Source: Desulfatiglandales bacterium
Lineage (GTDB): Bacteria > Desulfobacterota > DSM-4660 > Desulfatiglandales > Desulfatiglandaceae
Length of the DNA stretch: 64,000 nucleotides
Reading direction: 5' to 3'
Assembly (NCBI GenBank): GCA_963666345.1
Contig: OY762721.1
Location: 384,001 to 448,000, forward strand
The notes under the pieces were generated by a model. The model was given only the letters and a program-made list of their open reading frames with translations. It ran no database searches and had not been told where the DNA came from. How positions within the stretch are numbered: position 1 is the stretch's first letter; each line of letters starts with the position of its first letter. Position numbers and translations under genes: made by a program. This document shows positions 1 through 10,122 of this stretch, piece by piece.

Positions 1-563
1 CAGGCTTCAATTTAGGTCATGCCCGATGAACTGTCAATCCCAAAAAATATTTCAGCCTCGCAGCATATCCTATTGATTAAAATGCCTAAAATGTTTAGTC
101 TCTTCGCTCCGCTAGTTTTCAGAAAGGCGGAATACTTCAAGCACACCAGGCAAGCCAGCTCGTTTTCATCCCGAAACGGTGCCTCAGCTCGATACCTGAG
201 CCAAGCTCTATTTTGCTTAAACGGGACAAATAATGCCAGGTTGATCAGGTGCTGGATATGAAACTTGTCTGTCCAAGCTCAATATGATATATATGAAATA
301 AATGAATCATCTTTCATAACTGTTCCGTTGTTTTATCTTTCGGATTTCGATTTAACGAATGAATAAACCAGCGTCCGAACTCCTGCCGGAACGCATGAAT
401 CAAACATCAGCTCGACAAATCTTTCTTCCTGTTTTTATTTGAGTCTTTATGACCATGCGTCTTTTATTTTATAGGCTATTTGATGAATCTCACCCCGTTT
501 CAATATTTTGTCCACTGCCGGGCAACTTTGGTAATCACGGTTTTTCAAAAAGGAGAGCAAATC

Positions 564-1136
564 ATGCACTCGGATAAAGAACCTGACAGGAGGTTTAACC
601 TGAGGGAATTTAAGGCCATCACCCATGCCATTGCCACCTATGAGGACCTGAATCTGCTCACAAATCATCTTGCTGAAGGAACCGCCAGGACCTTCAGGGC
701 CAAGGGTTGCAGTATCATGCTCCTTGACGAAAGGGAAAAACAACTCTTCCCCATAAGCAGCTACGGCCTCAGTGACGAGTATATTAAAAAAGGTCCGGTA
801 ATGGTGGATAAGCAATACTGCGCCTTCTGCACGGGAGAGCCGGTATTTATTGAAGACATTCAGAATGATCCACGGATTCAATACCCCAAGGCTGCAGCCA
901 AGGAGGGGCTCATCTCCATGCTCTCCGTTCCGATAAAATACCGGGCCGAAGTAGTCGGCATAATAAGGATCTACCTGCCCGATGGGGCACCTATTCACGA
1001 ATCGGATGTCGATTCCCTGTTAGTTCTGGCCGAGCAGCTTGGTCTGGTCATAGAGATCAACGGGCTGAGGAATTTTCTTGATGCGGTAAAAATGGCCCTT
1101 GAAAATCTCCCCCTGCGAATGCTCGAGGGTCTGTAG
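564..1136 (+). CDS. GAF-domain protein
   Basis: GAF-like sequence (GCSIMLLDE...PVFIEDIQNDPR...SMLSVPIK...VGII). Start moved to ATG 564, which follows AGGAG at 551-555. Confidence 0.8.
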   Translation: MHSDKEPDRRFNLREFKAITHAIATYEDLNLLTNHLAEGTARTFRAKGCSIMLLDEREKQLFPISSYGLSDEYIKKGPVMVDKQYCAFCTGEPVFIEDIQNDPRIQYPKAAAKEGLISMLSVPIKYRAEVVGIIRIYLPDGAPIHESDVDSLLVLAEQLGLVIEINGLRNFLDAVKMALENLPLRMLEGL

Positions 1137-1139
1137 TCT

Positions 1140-2048
1140 GTGAAAAATCGCGTTATTACCGATACTACGGAGATCTTTTCTATCGACTACGGAGACATTA
1201 TCCAACTTGGGGAAAAGCGCTATTCCGTAACAGGCCATGAAAGGGAAAGACGCTTCGGTATGGAGGACCCCAAATTTTGGGTAAAGAGGGTCATAGACCT
1301 GGAGACGGGTGAAAAAAAATTAATAAAGCTCTCTTTCCTGGAATCATTCATGACGAACTTCGGCGGCGCAGGAGTACGATGCTTTAGGAACCCCGAAAAG
1401 GAGGCCCGGATACTTGAACTGGTTAAAGACCATCCATACTTCATGCAGGGAACACCCTTTAAGGACGAAAAAGGCAATATAATCCGGGTCCTTGACATCG
1501 TACCGGGGCAAAATTTCTTTTTGTTCGTTAATTCACTGGAAATGGCATACGGAAGTTATTTCGAGAAGATGCTTCCTCAAATTTTGGGGAATCTTATAAA
1601 ATCCTTTGAGGCGATTCGCTTTCTTCATTTCAACGGCTTTAAGCATGGAGACATCAGAAATGATCATATAATAATTAATAAAAACAATGGAAATTATGTC
1701 TGGATAGATTTTGACTATGACTACGAAACACTTGAAAACCCTTTCGGCCTTGATGTTTTCGGTATGGGAAACATACTCATAAACGCGATCGGAAAAGGGA
1801 TTCACAGCGCCCACACGATATTAAATGATCCTGCAACCTATGGTGATTTAAAAGACAGGCTCGAGCCGGGGGATTTTTCGATCATTCATCGACGCAGATT
1901 TATTAACCTCCGAAAGCTCTACCCCGTAATTCCAAAAATGCTTAATGACATCCTTATGCATTTTTCAAGGGGCTCTAATGTCTATTATGAAACTGCCGAT
2001 GAAATTATCGAGGATCTGAACAGGTGTCTCTATTCAATTTTTGAATGA
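1140..2048 (+). CDS. Protein-kinase-like protein (atypical Ser/Thr kinase)
   Basis: LIK lysine motif, E-helix (EKEARIL), HGDIRNDH catalytic-loop-like and WIDFD Mg-binding-like motifs, DVFGMG subdomain IX. Confidence 0.75.
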   Translation: MKNRVITDTTEIFSIDYGDIIQLGEKRYSVTGHERERRFGMEDPKFWVKRVIDLETGEKKLIKLSFLESFMTNFGGAGVRCFRNPEKEARILELVKDHPYFMQGTPFKDEKGNIIRVLDIVPGQNFFLFVNSLEMAYGSYFEKMLPQILGNLIKSFEAIRFLHFNGFKHGDIRNDHIIINKNNGNYVWIDFDYDYETLENPFGLDVFGMGNILINAIGKGIHSAHTILNDPATYGDLKDRLEPGDFSIIHRRRFINLRKLYPVIPKMLNDILMHFSRGSNVYYETADEIIEDLNRCLYSIFE

Positions 2049-2508
2049 TAGGAGGTCTTCTTTGACAACTTCAATACTTGTTCCATTAACCGATTCCGTA
2101 AGTTCACGCGCTGTTGTAGACTATCTTTCAAGCCTTTCCTTCTGCCCCGAGGACTGGCGAATCACCCTGCTTCATCTTTTTAGAAAGCCGTCGGCGAGTG
2201 AAGAATTAATGGGTAAAAAATTCACTCAGGCGCTCCCCACCCGGTACAGTTTACTCCTTGACAAGGCATCTGAAACGCTTATTGAAAACGGATTCGACCC
2301 CAATCATATCAAGATACAAATGGTTACCGAGCCTTATCAAACCATTGCAGACGGCATTATCGATCAGTTCAAAAAAGGCGATTATGACATGGTCGTTATC
2401 GGAAGAAAAAGGATGTCCAAGGCAGAGGAATTCGTCCTGGGAGATGTAAGCGTAAGATTGGTACGGGCGCTCGAAGGGGCGGCCGTTCTTGTAGTAAAAT
2501 CGACCTGA
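2041..2508 (+). CDS. Universal stress protein (UspA family)
   Basis: ILVPLTDS start, ITLLH, DMVVIGRK, FVLGDVS, AVLVVK motifs; overlaps the kinase stop. Confidence 0.85.
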   Translation: MNDRRSSLTTSILVPLTDSVSSRAVVDYLSSLSFCPEDWRITLLHLFRKPSASEELMGKKFTQALPTRYSLLLDKASETLIENGFDPNHIKIQMVTEPYQTIADGIIDQFKKGDYDMVVIGRKRMSKAEEFVLGDVSVRLVRALEGAAVLVVKST

Positions 2509-2681
2509 ATAAATCCTGTTTCATCTGAATCGTCCCGTTTTTTGATACACATTATGTGTGGGGGACCGCCCTGCCCTGTAACGCACCACCGTAAAAAATT
2601 TCCTTCCATTAAATTTTCCCTTTCCATAATAACCAAAAAGTGAAAAAAAGAGATACCAGATCAATCAAAGGAGTTTATTGT

Positions 2682-2987
2682 ATGTCAGGAACATTAGGAG
2701 TTTTGGTAAGCAGTGACAGGCACATGGATCTTATAATAGGACTTTGCAGATCCGCCAGGAAAAAAGGGCTCGGACTTTCGATATTCTTCACCCATACCGG
2801 CACCAAACTGACCCGTCACCCACGCTTTCCGGAACTGGCAGGACTTGCCAGGATGAGCATATGCAAGGTCGGTTTCGAAGACAATCGCCTTACCGCCCCG
2901 GTTCCGGGTATTAAGGAAAAGGATTACTCAACCCAGGCAAGGAATGCCGAACTCATCGAAGAATGCGACCGTTACGTGGCGTTTTAG
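2682..2987 (+). CDS. DsrE/TusD-like sulfur-relay subunit
   Basis: About 100 aa with IFFTHTG, a central Cys (MSICKVG) and DRYVAF ending, typical of the DsrE/F fold. RBS AAGGAG precedes ATG 2682. Confidence 0.65.
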   Translation: MSGTLGVLVSSDRHMDLIIGLCRSARKKGLGLSIFFTHTGTKLTRHPRFPELAGLARMSICKVGFEDNRLTAPVPGIKEKDYSTQARNAELIEECDRYVAF

Positions 2988-3000
2988 GAGAATCGCAGGC

Positions 3001-3294
3001 ATGAAAGATATCAAACATATCGCTTTTCTAATAAGAAAGGCTGAAGATCTCTGGGAGGGTTCGCGATCCACCCTCGGTCTTGCAGTAGAAAATTACTATA
3101 TGCACATGTTTGTGCTCGATTTCGAGGTGAAAATGACTGAAAAGATAAAGGACAATCTGGAATGGTTTGAAGACATGGAGGCAAGATATTATTCCAATGT
3201 CAAGGCAAACGCTGAAAGGCATGGTTTCACCTATATGAGCACAGAGGAAATCGGGGACAGGCTCAAGGAGATGGACCTGGTCATCCCCTTTTAG
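3001..3294 (+). CDS. DsrF/TusC-like protein
   Basis: KHIAFLIRK start, [15 protein letters not shown] ending; RBS AGGAG before ATG 3001; second gene of the triad. Confidence 0.6.
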   Translation: MKDIKHIAFLIRKAEDLWEGSRSTLGLAVENYYMHMFVLDFEVKMTEKIKDNLEWFEDMEARYYSNVKANAERHGFTYMSTEEIGDRLKEMDLVIPF

Positions 3295-3303
3295 GAGGTA
3301 TTT

Positions 3304-3477
3304 GTGAAGATCCTGCATATCCTGAAAACAGAACCTGACGCGACCACAAAAAGGCTCATAGAGACGATCTCCCGGGAAAATGAAAGCACCATCTTTGCGC
3401 TTTATGAGCAGGAGGCGGATTATGACAGATTGATCGACCTCATCTTCGCACATGAATCAAATATCTCCTGGTGGTAA
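3304..3477 (+). CDS. DsrH/TusB-like small protein (57 aa, missing from the ORF track)
   Basis: AGGAGG then GTG 3304. Translates MKILHILKTEPD...DYDRLIDLIFAHESNISWW; the LHIL start and DY..LIDL...W ending are DsrH-like. Confidence 0.7.
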   Translation: MKILHILKTEPDATTKRLIETISRENESTIFALYEQEADYDRLIDLIFAHESNISWW

Positions 3478-3631
3478 AAACCAATTCCGGTTTCAGATGC
3501 ACAGAAAAGCCCTTGAATATAATCGATTCGTATTTGACAAGGCCGTTTGTCTTCCGGCAGTCTTTAGTCGGTACCAAAAAACCCTCTTTTTTCAATATAA
3601 TGATTTTTCATTCAGCTTTTGATATGTCTTT

Positions 3632-3676
3632 AAAAGCTCAAAATTGAGGCGGCACGGTAAAAACTTCAAATAGAAG
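3632..3676. repeat. Fragment of the MITE-like repeat seen at 55819-55971
   Basis: aaaagctcaaaattgaggcggcacggtaaaaacttcaaatagaag aligns with aaaagtcaaaattcagacggcacagtagaaagttcaaatgcaag. Confidence 0.5.
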
Positions 3677-3739
3677 TCCAGGCTCACCAAATCCTCAAGT
3701 TTTTTCAACAACCGATGCCCGTTTGTGAAAGGACAGGCC

Positions 3740-4666
3740 ATGAGAAAATTCAAGAGATGCTGGATAATCGGCGCAGGTGCCGTGGGTTCGGTAATAGCGG
3801 CATGCCTTCAGATGGCGGAAAAGGTAGATACGCACCTTGTAGGAGAAAGTGAGCACGCGAAAAAGATTCAAACGCACGGTCTTCATCTTGAAATAATCGG
3901 TAAGGCCTCACAGACCGTCCAGGTTTCATCTGTTACACCCCCCCAAGTGCCTGTCCTCAATAAAGAAGACCTGGTTCTTCTTACAGGTAAAATACACGGC
4001 CTTGAGCAAACGACATCATGGCTCAGGGAAAAATGCGGGTCCGAAACAGGCGTAATAGCCCTTCAAAACGGAATCGGTCCCGAAGCGATAATAGAAAAAT
4101 CTCTCAAAAGGGCCGTAGACAGGGGGCTGGTATTTTTCGGGGCCCACTCAAATGCCATTGGAAACTGCCACTATTTTCCGGGAGGGATCAGGCTGAAGCG
4201 CTCCGAGGTAACCGAAGGCTTTTGCGCATTGCTGGATGACACTGCAATTCAGGGAGAGATTTCTTCCGATTTCAACAAAATATCTTGGCAGAAGGCCGCA
4301 ATCAACTGCATCGCCAACCCATTTACAGGCATCTTGAGGACAAACAACCGTGAAGTAACCGATGTGGTACTGAACCCTGCAAAAGAGGCGGTATTAAAAG
4401 AGGTCATAAAAGTCGCAAAGGCAGAGGGGGTTGATCTTGGAATAACGGTAAATGACATCAACCGCTATCTGGATCAGGATAATATCCCTTCCCTCAGGAC
4501 AGACCTTGAAAGGGGCATGCCCACCGAGATAGATTTCATAAACGGCGCTGTCGCCGCAATAGGCGCCAAACATGGCATAAAGACCCCGGCAAATGATCTG
4601 ATAGTAAGCATGGTGAAATATATTGAAACAAAAGGCCTATTCTTGATTCAGCCAATGAGGTCATAG
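3740..4666 (+). CDS. panE: 2-dehydropantoate 2-reductase (ketopantoate reductase family)
   Basis: IIGAGAVG Rossmann motif, LQNGIG, WQKAAINCIAN, SLRTDLERGMPTEIDFING. Confidence 0.85.
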   Translation: MRKFKRCWIIGAGAVGSVIAACLQMAEKVDTHLVGESEHAKKIQTHGLHLEIIGKASQTVQVSSVTPPQVPVLNKEDLVLLTGKIHGLEQTTSWLREKCGSETGVIALQNGIGPEAIIEKSLKRAVDRGLVFFGAHSNAIGNCHYFPGGIRLKRSEVTEGFCALLDDTAIQGEISSDFNKISWQKAAINCIANPFTGILRTNNREVTDVVLNPAKEAVLKEVIKVAKAEGVDLGITVNDINRYLDQDNIPSLRTDLERGMPTEIDFINGAVAAIGAKHGIKTPANDLIVSMVKYIETKGLFLIQPMRS

Positions 4667-5094
4667 GTAAAGCGTTTTCATGAAATTAATCATTTAATCA
4701 GATAAATCTAAAATTTTTTAAAGGCATTTATAATGATTGATTATCATTTCCTTTTCAATATAGATTTAAGGGGCATTATTTGAATAGGAATCACTTGAAT
4801 CAACCTATCCACAGCCAAAGGGCACGTTCTGACCCCGCCCTCCCCCAAAGGGTGGGGTTTCCTCAAGGTTAAATAAAGGCCTCTTATCTTCTTAAAGGAA
4901 ACAAAACATCGTCAGGATTATCAAAATACAAGATCAAAAAAAATAAAAAAAGCTATAATATAATTACATGTTGCCAAATCAAGACGTATCGTTTATAGAT
5001 TTAGCCTGTATGAGCTCAGATAAATTGAAAAGGACTGTTTTTGTGTCAGACGCTGTTTTGTCTGTTTCTTTAATTTGCCAAAGGAGGTGTTCCA

Positions 5095-6258
5095 ATGGAT
5101 TTTGCCCTGAGTGATGAACTTCAAATGTTAAGAGAGATGGCGCGTGATTTTGCAGCAGAGAAGATTGCCCCCTACGCCGACGAATGGGATGAAAGCCACT
5201 ACTACCCCTATGAAGAAGTCATAAAACCTATGGCGGAGCTAGGATTCTTCGGTACGGTTATCCCTGAGGAATACGGCGGAAACGAAATGGGCTGGCTTGC
5301 CGCGATGATACTCACGGAGGAAATAGCACATGCATCCAGTTCCGTCAGGGTGCAGATAAACATGCAGACACTCGGATGCGCATATACCATCTACAGGTAC
5401 GGCTCAGAGGAATTGAAAAAAAAATACATACCAAAGCTGGTAAGTGCCGAATATATCGGAGGCTTCGGCATTACCGAGCCGAACGCGGGATCCGATGTCA
5501 TGGGCCTCAAATCCACGGCGGTTGACAAGGGCGACCACTGGCTCATAAACGGCTCAAAGACGTGGATATCAAACGCCTCTGCAGCAGATGCGATCATATA
5601 CTATGCATATACCGACAGGGAGGCAAAAGGAAGGGGACTTTCCGCCTTTGTCATTGAACCCAAGAATTTCAACGGTATAAGCACTACCGATCTCGACAAG
5701 CTCGGCACAAGGAGCACTCCTACCGGGGAGATCTACCTGGAAGACACCAAGGTGCCCAAGGAAAACATACTCGGCGCCCCGGGAGACGGCGCCAAGATAG
5801 TCTTCGGTTCTTTGAACCAGTCGCGCCTATCAGCCGCGGCAGGCGGGGTCGGGCTGGCTCAGGCATGTCTGGATGTGGTCACCGATTACTGCAAGGAAAG
5901 GGAACAGTTCGGAAAATCGATCGGCACCTTTCAGATGAACCAAGACTTGATAGCCCAGGTTGCGGCGGAGACGCAATCCGCAAGGCTGATGGTCTACAAG
6001 GCCGCGTGGCAGAAGGACCAGGGCCAGCTCGGAAACACCCTTGAAGTGGCTCATGCAAAGTATCTCGCGGGTGAAATAGCTGTCAAGGCATCTCAGATGG
6101 CCATGCGCATAATGGGCGCTTACGGGTATTCCACCGAATACCCCGTGGCCAGATACTACCGTGACGCACCCCCCTATTATATGGTGGAAGGCTCCGCCAA
6201 CATATGCAAATGGATAATCGCCCTTGACCAGCTGGGGATAAGAAAGGCGAACAGATAA
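5095..6258 (+). CDS. acd: Glutaryl-CoA dehydrogenase, glutaconyl-CoA-forming (non-decarboxylating)
   Basis: Acyl-CoA dehydrogenase motifs (ITEPNAGSD, R-x-QFG, GAYGY, MVEGSANI). Resembles the Desulfococcus enzyme as I recall it, and is adjacent to gcdA. Confidence 0.85.
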   Translation: MDFALSDELQMLREMARDFAAEKIAPYADEWDESHYYPYEEVIKPMAELGFFGTVIPEEYGGNEMGWLAAMILTEEIAHASSSVRVQINMQTLGCAYTIYRYGSEELKKKYIPKLVSAEYIGGFGITEPNAGSDVMGLKSTAVDKGDHWLINGSKTWISNASAADAIIYYAYTDREAKGRGLSAFVIEPKNFNGISTTDLDKLGTRSTPTGEIYLEDTKVPKENILGAPGDGAKIVFGSLNQSRLSAAAGGVGLAQACLDVVTDYCKEREQFGKSIGTFQMNQDLIAQVAAETQSARLMVYKAAWQKDQGQLGNTLEVAHAKYLAGEIAVKASQMAMRIMGAYGYSTEYPVARYYRDAPPYYMVEGSANICKWIIALDQLGIRKANR

Positions 6259-6342
6259 CTTTCATCCTGAAATCAATTTGTTGTTAGAGCGGTCGGCGCC
6301 GGGAGCTTACCGCTCTGCAATCGTAAAAATCGGAGGCAGAAA

Positions 6343-8076
6343 ATGAAACCATATTTTGAAAAGATGGATCCTATAGGAAAGGCGCTTAATGACAAACAAA
6401 GGCTGGGCGGAAAGGAAAACGTCGACCAGATAAGGCAGGTGGAAAACGAGGTCCTCAAGGCCGTTGAAGCGGTGAAAAACGCGGGCATACCTGCAGAGAA
6501 GATAAAGAGCAGAGGCCAGTTGACCATATGGGAAAGGATCGAATACCTTGTGGATCCGGGCACATGGTGTCCCTTACACACCCTTTACAACCCGATGTTC
6601 AATGAGGAAGGCACCACCGGAGTTATTGACGGTCTTGCCAGGATAAACGGCAAGTGGGCCGTTGTAATAGGCTTTGACAACAAGGTGATGGCGGGAGCAT
6701 GGATAGCCGGACAGTCGGAAAATCAACTGAGGGTAACAGACATTGCCAAGAGACTTCATATACCCCTTGTCTGGCTGGTCAACTGCAGCGGAGTCAAGCT
6801 TCCTGAGCAGGAAAAGGTATATGCGAACAGAAGGGGTAATGGAACGACTTTTTTTCGTCATGCCGAACTTGAAAAAAGCGGGATTCCTGTGCTCGCAGGA
6901 ATTTACGGCACCAACCCTGCGGGAGGTGGCTACCAGGGAATCAGTCCCACCATCCTTCTGGCGCATAAGGATGCCAATATTGCCGTGGGAGGAGGAGGAA
7001 TCGTGAGCGGAATGAGCCCCAAGGGTTCATTTGACGAAGAGGGTGCCGAACAGATAATCGAGGCCACCAGACATTTCAAACAGGTTCCTCCAGGCAGTGT
7101 CCCCATTCATTACAATGAAACAGGTTTCTTCAAGGAAGTCTACGACACCGAGCAGGAGGTCCTTGACGCGCTAAAGAGATATGTGGACATGTGCCCGGCA
7201 TATGATCCCTCATTTTTCCGTGTTGCAGAACCCAAGGAGCCGAAGTTCTCAGGTGAAGACATAGATTATCTGATAGCCTTTAATCAGAAGAGGAGCTACA
7301 ACTTCGACGAGATACTGGCAAGGATATTTGACGACAGTGAACATATGGAATTCAGGCCTGACTACGGCCCTGAAGTCTACACTGGGCTTGCCAAAATCGA
7401 TGGTTTTCTCATGGGATTCATAGGCAACCGGCAGGGCTTTCTGGGTGCCGAATATCCCGAATACGCCCCCTACCCCGGCATAGGCGGCAAGCTCTACAGG
7501 CAGGGACTTATCAAGATGAACGAATTCGTAACCCTGTGCGGTCGGGACAGGGTACCGATAGTCTGGTTCCAGGATACCTCAGGCATCGACGTTGGGGATA
7601 TTGCAGAAAAGGCCGAACTTCTCGGACTGGGCCAGTCTCTTATATATTCAATCGAACAGACGGACGTCCCGCAGATATGCATTGTGATGAGGAAGGGGAC
7701 GGCTGCCGCCCATTACATAATGGGAGGCCCGACCGCCAACAATCATAACGCCTTTACACTTGGAACTCCCACCACCGAGATATACGTGATGCACGGAGAG
7801 ACCGCAGCAGCCGCATCTTTTGCCCGAAGGCTGGTAAAGGAAAAGGACGCGGGCCGCCCGATCCAACCGGTCATAGACAAGATGAACAGACTGGCACAGG
7901 AATACCACGACAAGTCAAGGCCGGTCTACTGTGCCAAATCGGGCTTTGTAGACGAAATTGTATCCTTCGGCGATCTGAGAAGATATATCGCTTCTTTTGC
8001 CGGATGTGCGTATCAGAATCCGGTATCCATATGCCCTCAGCACCATATGATGATACCGAGGATAATAAAGGGTTAG
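6343..8076 (+). CDS. gcdA: Glutaconyl-CoA decarboxylase alpha subunit (carboxyltransferase)
   Basis: Carboxyltransferase motifs GAWIAGQ, NCSGVKL, GTNPAGGGY, QDTSGIDVG, AAAHYIMGGP; C-terminal SICPQHHMMIPRII. Confidence 0.9.
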   Translation: MKPYFEKMDPIGKALNDKQRLGGKENVDQIRQVENEVLKAVEAVKNAGIPAEKIKSRGQLTIWERIEYLVDPGTWCPLHTLYNPMFNEEGTTGVIDGLARINGKWAVVIGFDNKVMAGAWIAGQSENQLRVTDIAKRLHIPLVWLVNCSGVKLPEQEKVYANRRGNGTTFFRHAELEKSGIPVLAGIYGTNPAGGGYQGISPTILLAHKDANIAVGGGGIVSGMSPKGSFDEEGAEQIIEATRHFKQVPPGSVPIHYNETGFFKEVYDTEQEVLDALKRYVDMCPAYDPSFFRVAEPKEPKFSGEDIDYLIAFNQKRSYNFDEILARIFDDSEHMEFRPDYGPEVYTGLAKIDGFLMGFIGNRQGFLGAEYPEYAPYPGIGGKLYRQGLIKMNEFVTLCGRDRVPIVWFQDTSGIDVGDIAEKAELLGLGQSLIYSIEQTDVPQICIVMRKGTAAAHYIMGGPTANNHNAFTLGTPTTEIYVMHGETAAAASFARRLVKEKDAGRPIQPVIDKMNRLAQEYHDKSRPVYCAKSGFVDEIVSFGDLRRYIASFAGCAYQNPVSICPQHHMMIPRIIKG

Positions 8077-8116
8077 AAAAAAGGGGCGGGCCCCCTTCCG
8101 GGAGGTCCGTCCCTTT
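8077..8116. terminator. Bidirectional rho-independent terminator
   Basis: GC-rich hairpin aaaggggcgggcc...ggtccgtcccttt between convergent genes. Confidence 0.65.
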
Positions 8117-8138
8117 ATGCCTTCAAGATATCCTGCCT

Positions 8139-8360
8139 CTACTTTTCCACCTTTTCTTCGACCGGAATTCCCCACCACTTTTCATTACCTGATTTTTGAT
8201 AACTATCGTCCGTGGGATTTTTGTACCCGCACCAGCTGTATTTCATATGATCATAGTTCTTGTACAAAGTGTCATGCTCATAAAACTCGGAAAGCTGGGC
8301 GCCGGTGCCACAACCGGAAATAAAACATCCTGCGATCAGCAAAAGGAATAACCTGTACAT
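8139..8360 (-). CDS. Small lipoprotein
   Basis: Hydrophobic signal with lipobox-like ISGC; RBS GGAGG upstream. Confidence 0.65.
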   Translation of the reverse strand: MYRLFLLLIAGCFISGCGTGAQLSEFYEHDTLYKNYDHMKYSWCGYKNPTDDSYQKSGNEKWWGIPVEEKVEK

Positions 8361-8460
8361 TAGTCACTTACCTCCCTTCATCTTTTACATGGGTTTAGAT
8401 ATCTAAAGGAATCTGTTTGTACTAATATACCTGAACACCCGCCTTGGATCAAGGCAAAAC

Positions 8461-8615
8461 CCTGATCCACTATCAAGGAAAGCCGTTCCGCCTAAGCCTT
8501 GCGGCGTATCACTTATACGCCTCAGGCATCGCTCCCCGCCGTCTTGCCGGTGTCCGGGGTATCTTCCAAATTCATTGATTTACATCCCTGTCCTAAAATT
8601 AGATGGTGGATCTGG
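8461..8615. repeat. MITE-like intergenic repeat, type A
   Basis: Terminal inverted repeats cctgatccactatc / gatggtggatctgg (12 of 14 match); internal core ttgcggcgta-N7-tacgcctc; related copies at 12673 and 14643. Confidence 0.65.
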
Positions 8616-8671
8616 GGCAAAAAGGGGGATTAACCGGCTTCTGCGATATGCGTCGGCATAAAAAAGGGACC

Positions 8672-10039
8672 TCACGCCGTGAATCTCAGGAACAGAGTGA
8701 CCAGACCGAGATAGATGGAAAGGGCGAGTATGTCATTCGAAGTGGTTACGAAAGGCCCGGTTGCGAGGGCCGGGTCGATATTAAGCCTTTTCAGGGCTAT
8801 CGGTACTGCGGAGCCTATGAAACCGGAACTCAGGATAATCAATATCAATGAAAACGCTACAACAATGCCGAGTCCGTAACTCGACAGCCAAAAACCGACA
8901 ATCACCCCAAGTATTATTCCGCAGATAACTCCGTTGATGAGTGCGACCCTCAGTTCCATCAAGAGTCTCTTTCCTATGTTCACAAGACCTATATCACCGG
9001 TTGCCAGCCCCCTCACTACCACGGTCGATGCCTGAGTCCCCGTGTTTCCACCCATCGCCATTATAACCGGAAAGAAAAATGAAAGAGCCAGTATCTGCTC
9101 AAGAGGCGCCTCGAACAGATTTATCAGGGCCGCAGCCAGTATTCCCCCCATGAGCCCGGCTATGAGCCATGGAAGCCTCGCCCTTGAAATCTTGACGGTG
9201 GAGTCTTCGGTAATTTCCTGGTCGATAACGCCCGCCATCCTGGAGATGTCTTCATCCACCTCTTCTTCGATGACATCTATGATGTCGTCGTGCGTGATCC
9301 TTCCGACAAGCCTGTGCTGGACATCGACCACCGGGATGGTTACCAGATCGTACTTCTTTACCAGTTGAATTACCTCTTCCTGATCCGCATCGGCATCGAC
9401 CGATATGACTTCAGGGTTCATGATGCCGCTCACCTTGCTTTCAGGAGTGGCAAGGACCAGATCCTTCAACGATATCACGCCTGCGAGCTTTTCAAATTCA
9501 TCCACAACCCAGAGATAATAAAGGTTTTCGACCTCTGACTGTTTTTCACGTATACTCTCTATGGCCTCTTTCACACTGCTGTCGGCCCTCACCGACACAT
9601 ACTCGAGCGCCATTATCCCGCCGGCCGTGTCCTCAGGGTATGGAAGCAACTTTTCCAGTTCTTCTGAAACATCATCCCCGAGGGAGCGAATAATTTCTCT
9701 CGCCCTCTCCTCCGGAAGGTCACCCACGACATCCGCGGCATCGTCCGAGTCCAGTTCCTCGACGATTTCAGAGATTGCACTGTTATCCAGTTCCTTTAAG
9801 ATCCGCCCTTGGACAGGAGCTTCCATTTCAACAAGCACCTCTCCCGCCCCTTCAGGCTCAAGCAGGCTGAAGATAAACATCCTCTCTTCAGGGTCAAGGT
9901 GCTCTATGATGTCGGCCAGATCCGCGGCCCTCAATTCATCAATGGTCTTTCTGAGGGAATCGGAGTCATTCTCGGCCACGGCACTCCTGACATCTTCTAT
10001 AAGTTTTCCGTCAATCGCCCTTGTGGTATAAGATGCCAA
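8672..10039 (-). CDS. mgtE: Magnesium transporter MgtE
   Basis: N-terminal domain, CBS pair (TAGGIM), RLPWL, MGGNTGTQ, DPALATGPFVTT. Confidence 0.95.
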   Translation of the reverse strand: MASYTTRAIDGKLIEDVRSAVAENDSDSLRKTIDELRAADLADIIEHLDPEERMFIFSLLEPEGAGEVLVEMEAPVQGRILKELDNSAISEIVEELDSDDAADVVGDLPEERAREIIRSLGDDVSEELEKLLPYPEDTAGGIMALEYVSVRADSSVKEAIESIREKQSEVENLYYLWVVDEFEKLAGVISLKDLVLATPESKVSGIMNPEVISVDADADQEEVIQLVKKYDLVTIPVVDVQHRLVGRITHDDIIDVIEEEVDEDISRMAGVIDQEITEDSTVKISRARLPWLIAGLMGGILAAALINLFEAPLEQILALSFFFPVIMAMGGNTGTQASTVVVRGLATGDIGLVNIGKRLLMELRVALINGVICGIILGVIVGFWLSSYGLGIVVAFSLILIILSSGFIGSAVPIALKRLNIDPALATGPFVTTSNDILALSIYLGLVTLFLRFTA

Positions 10040-10122
10040 GGTAGACCTCCTCTGGTATTCTTCTGGTTTTCCGATCTATTTCAATTGTACAAAAAACACC
10101 AAACGCGCCTGAAATTCACGAC

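Noticed and set aside
19..261. 80-aa ORF at the window start
   Set aside because: No RBS or family motif; probably intergenic regulatory DNA.
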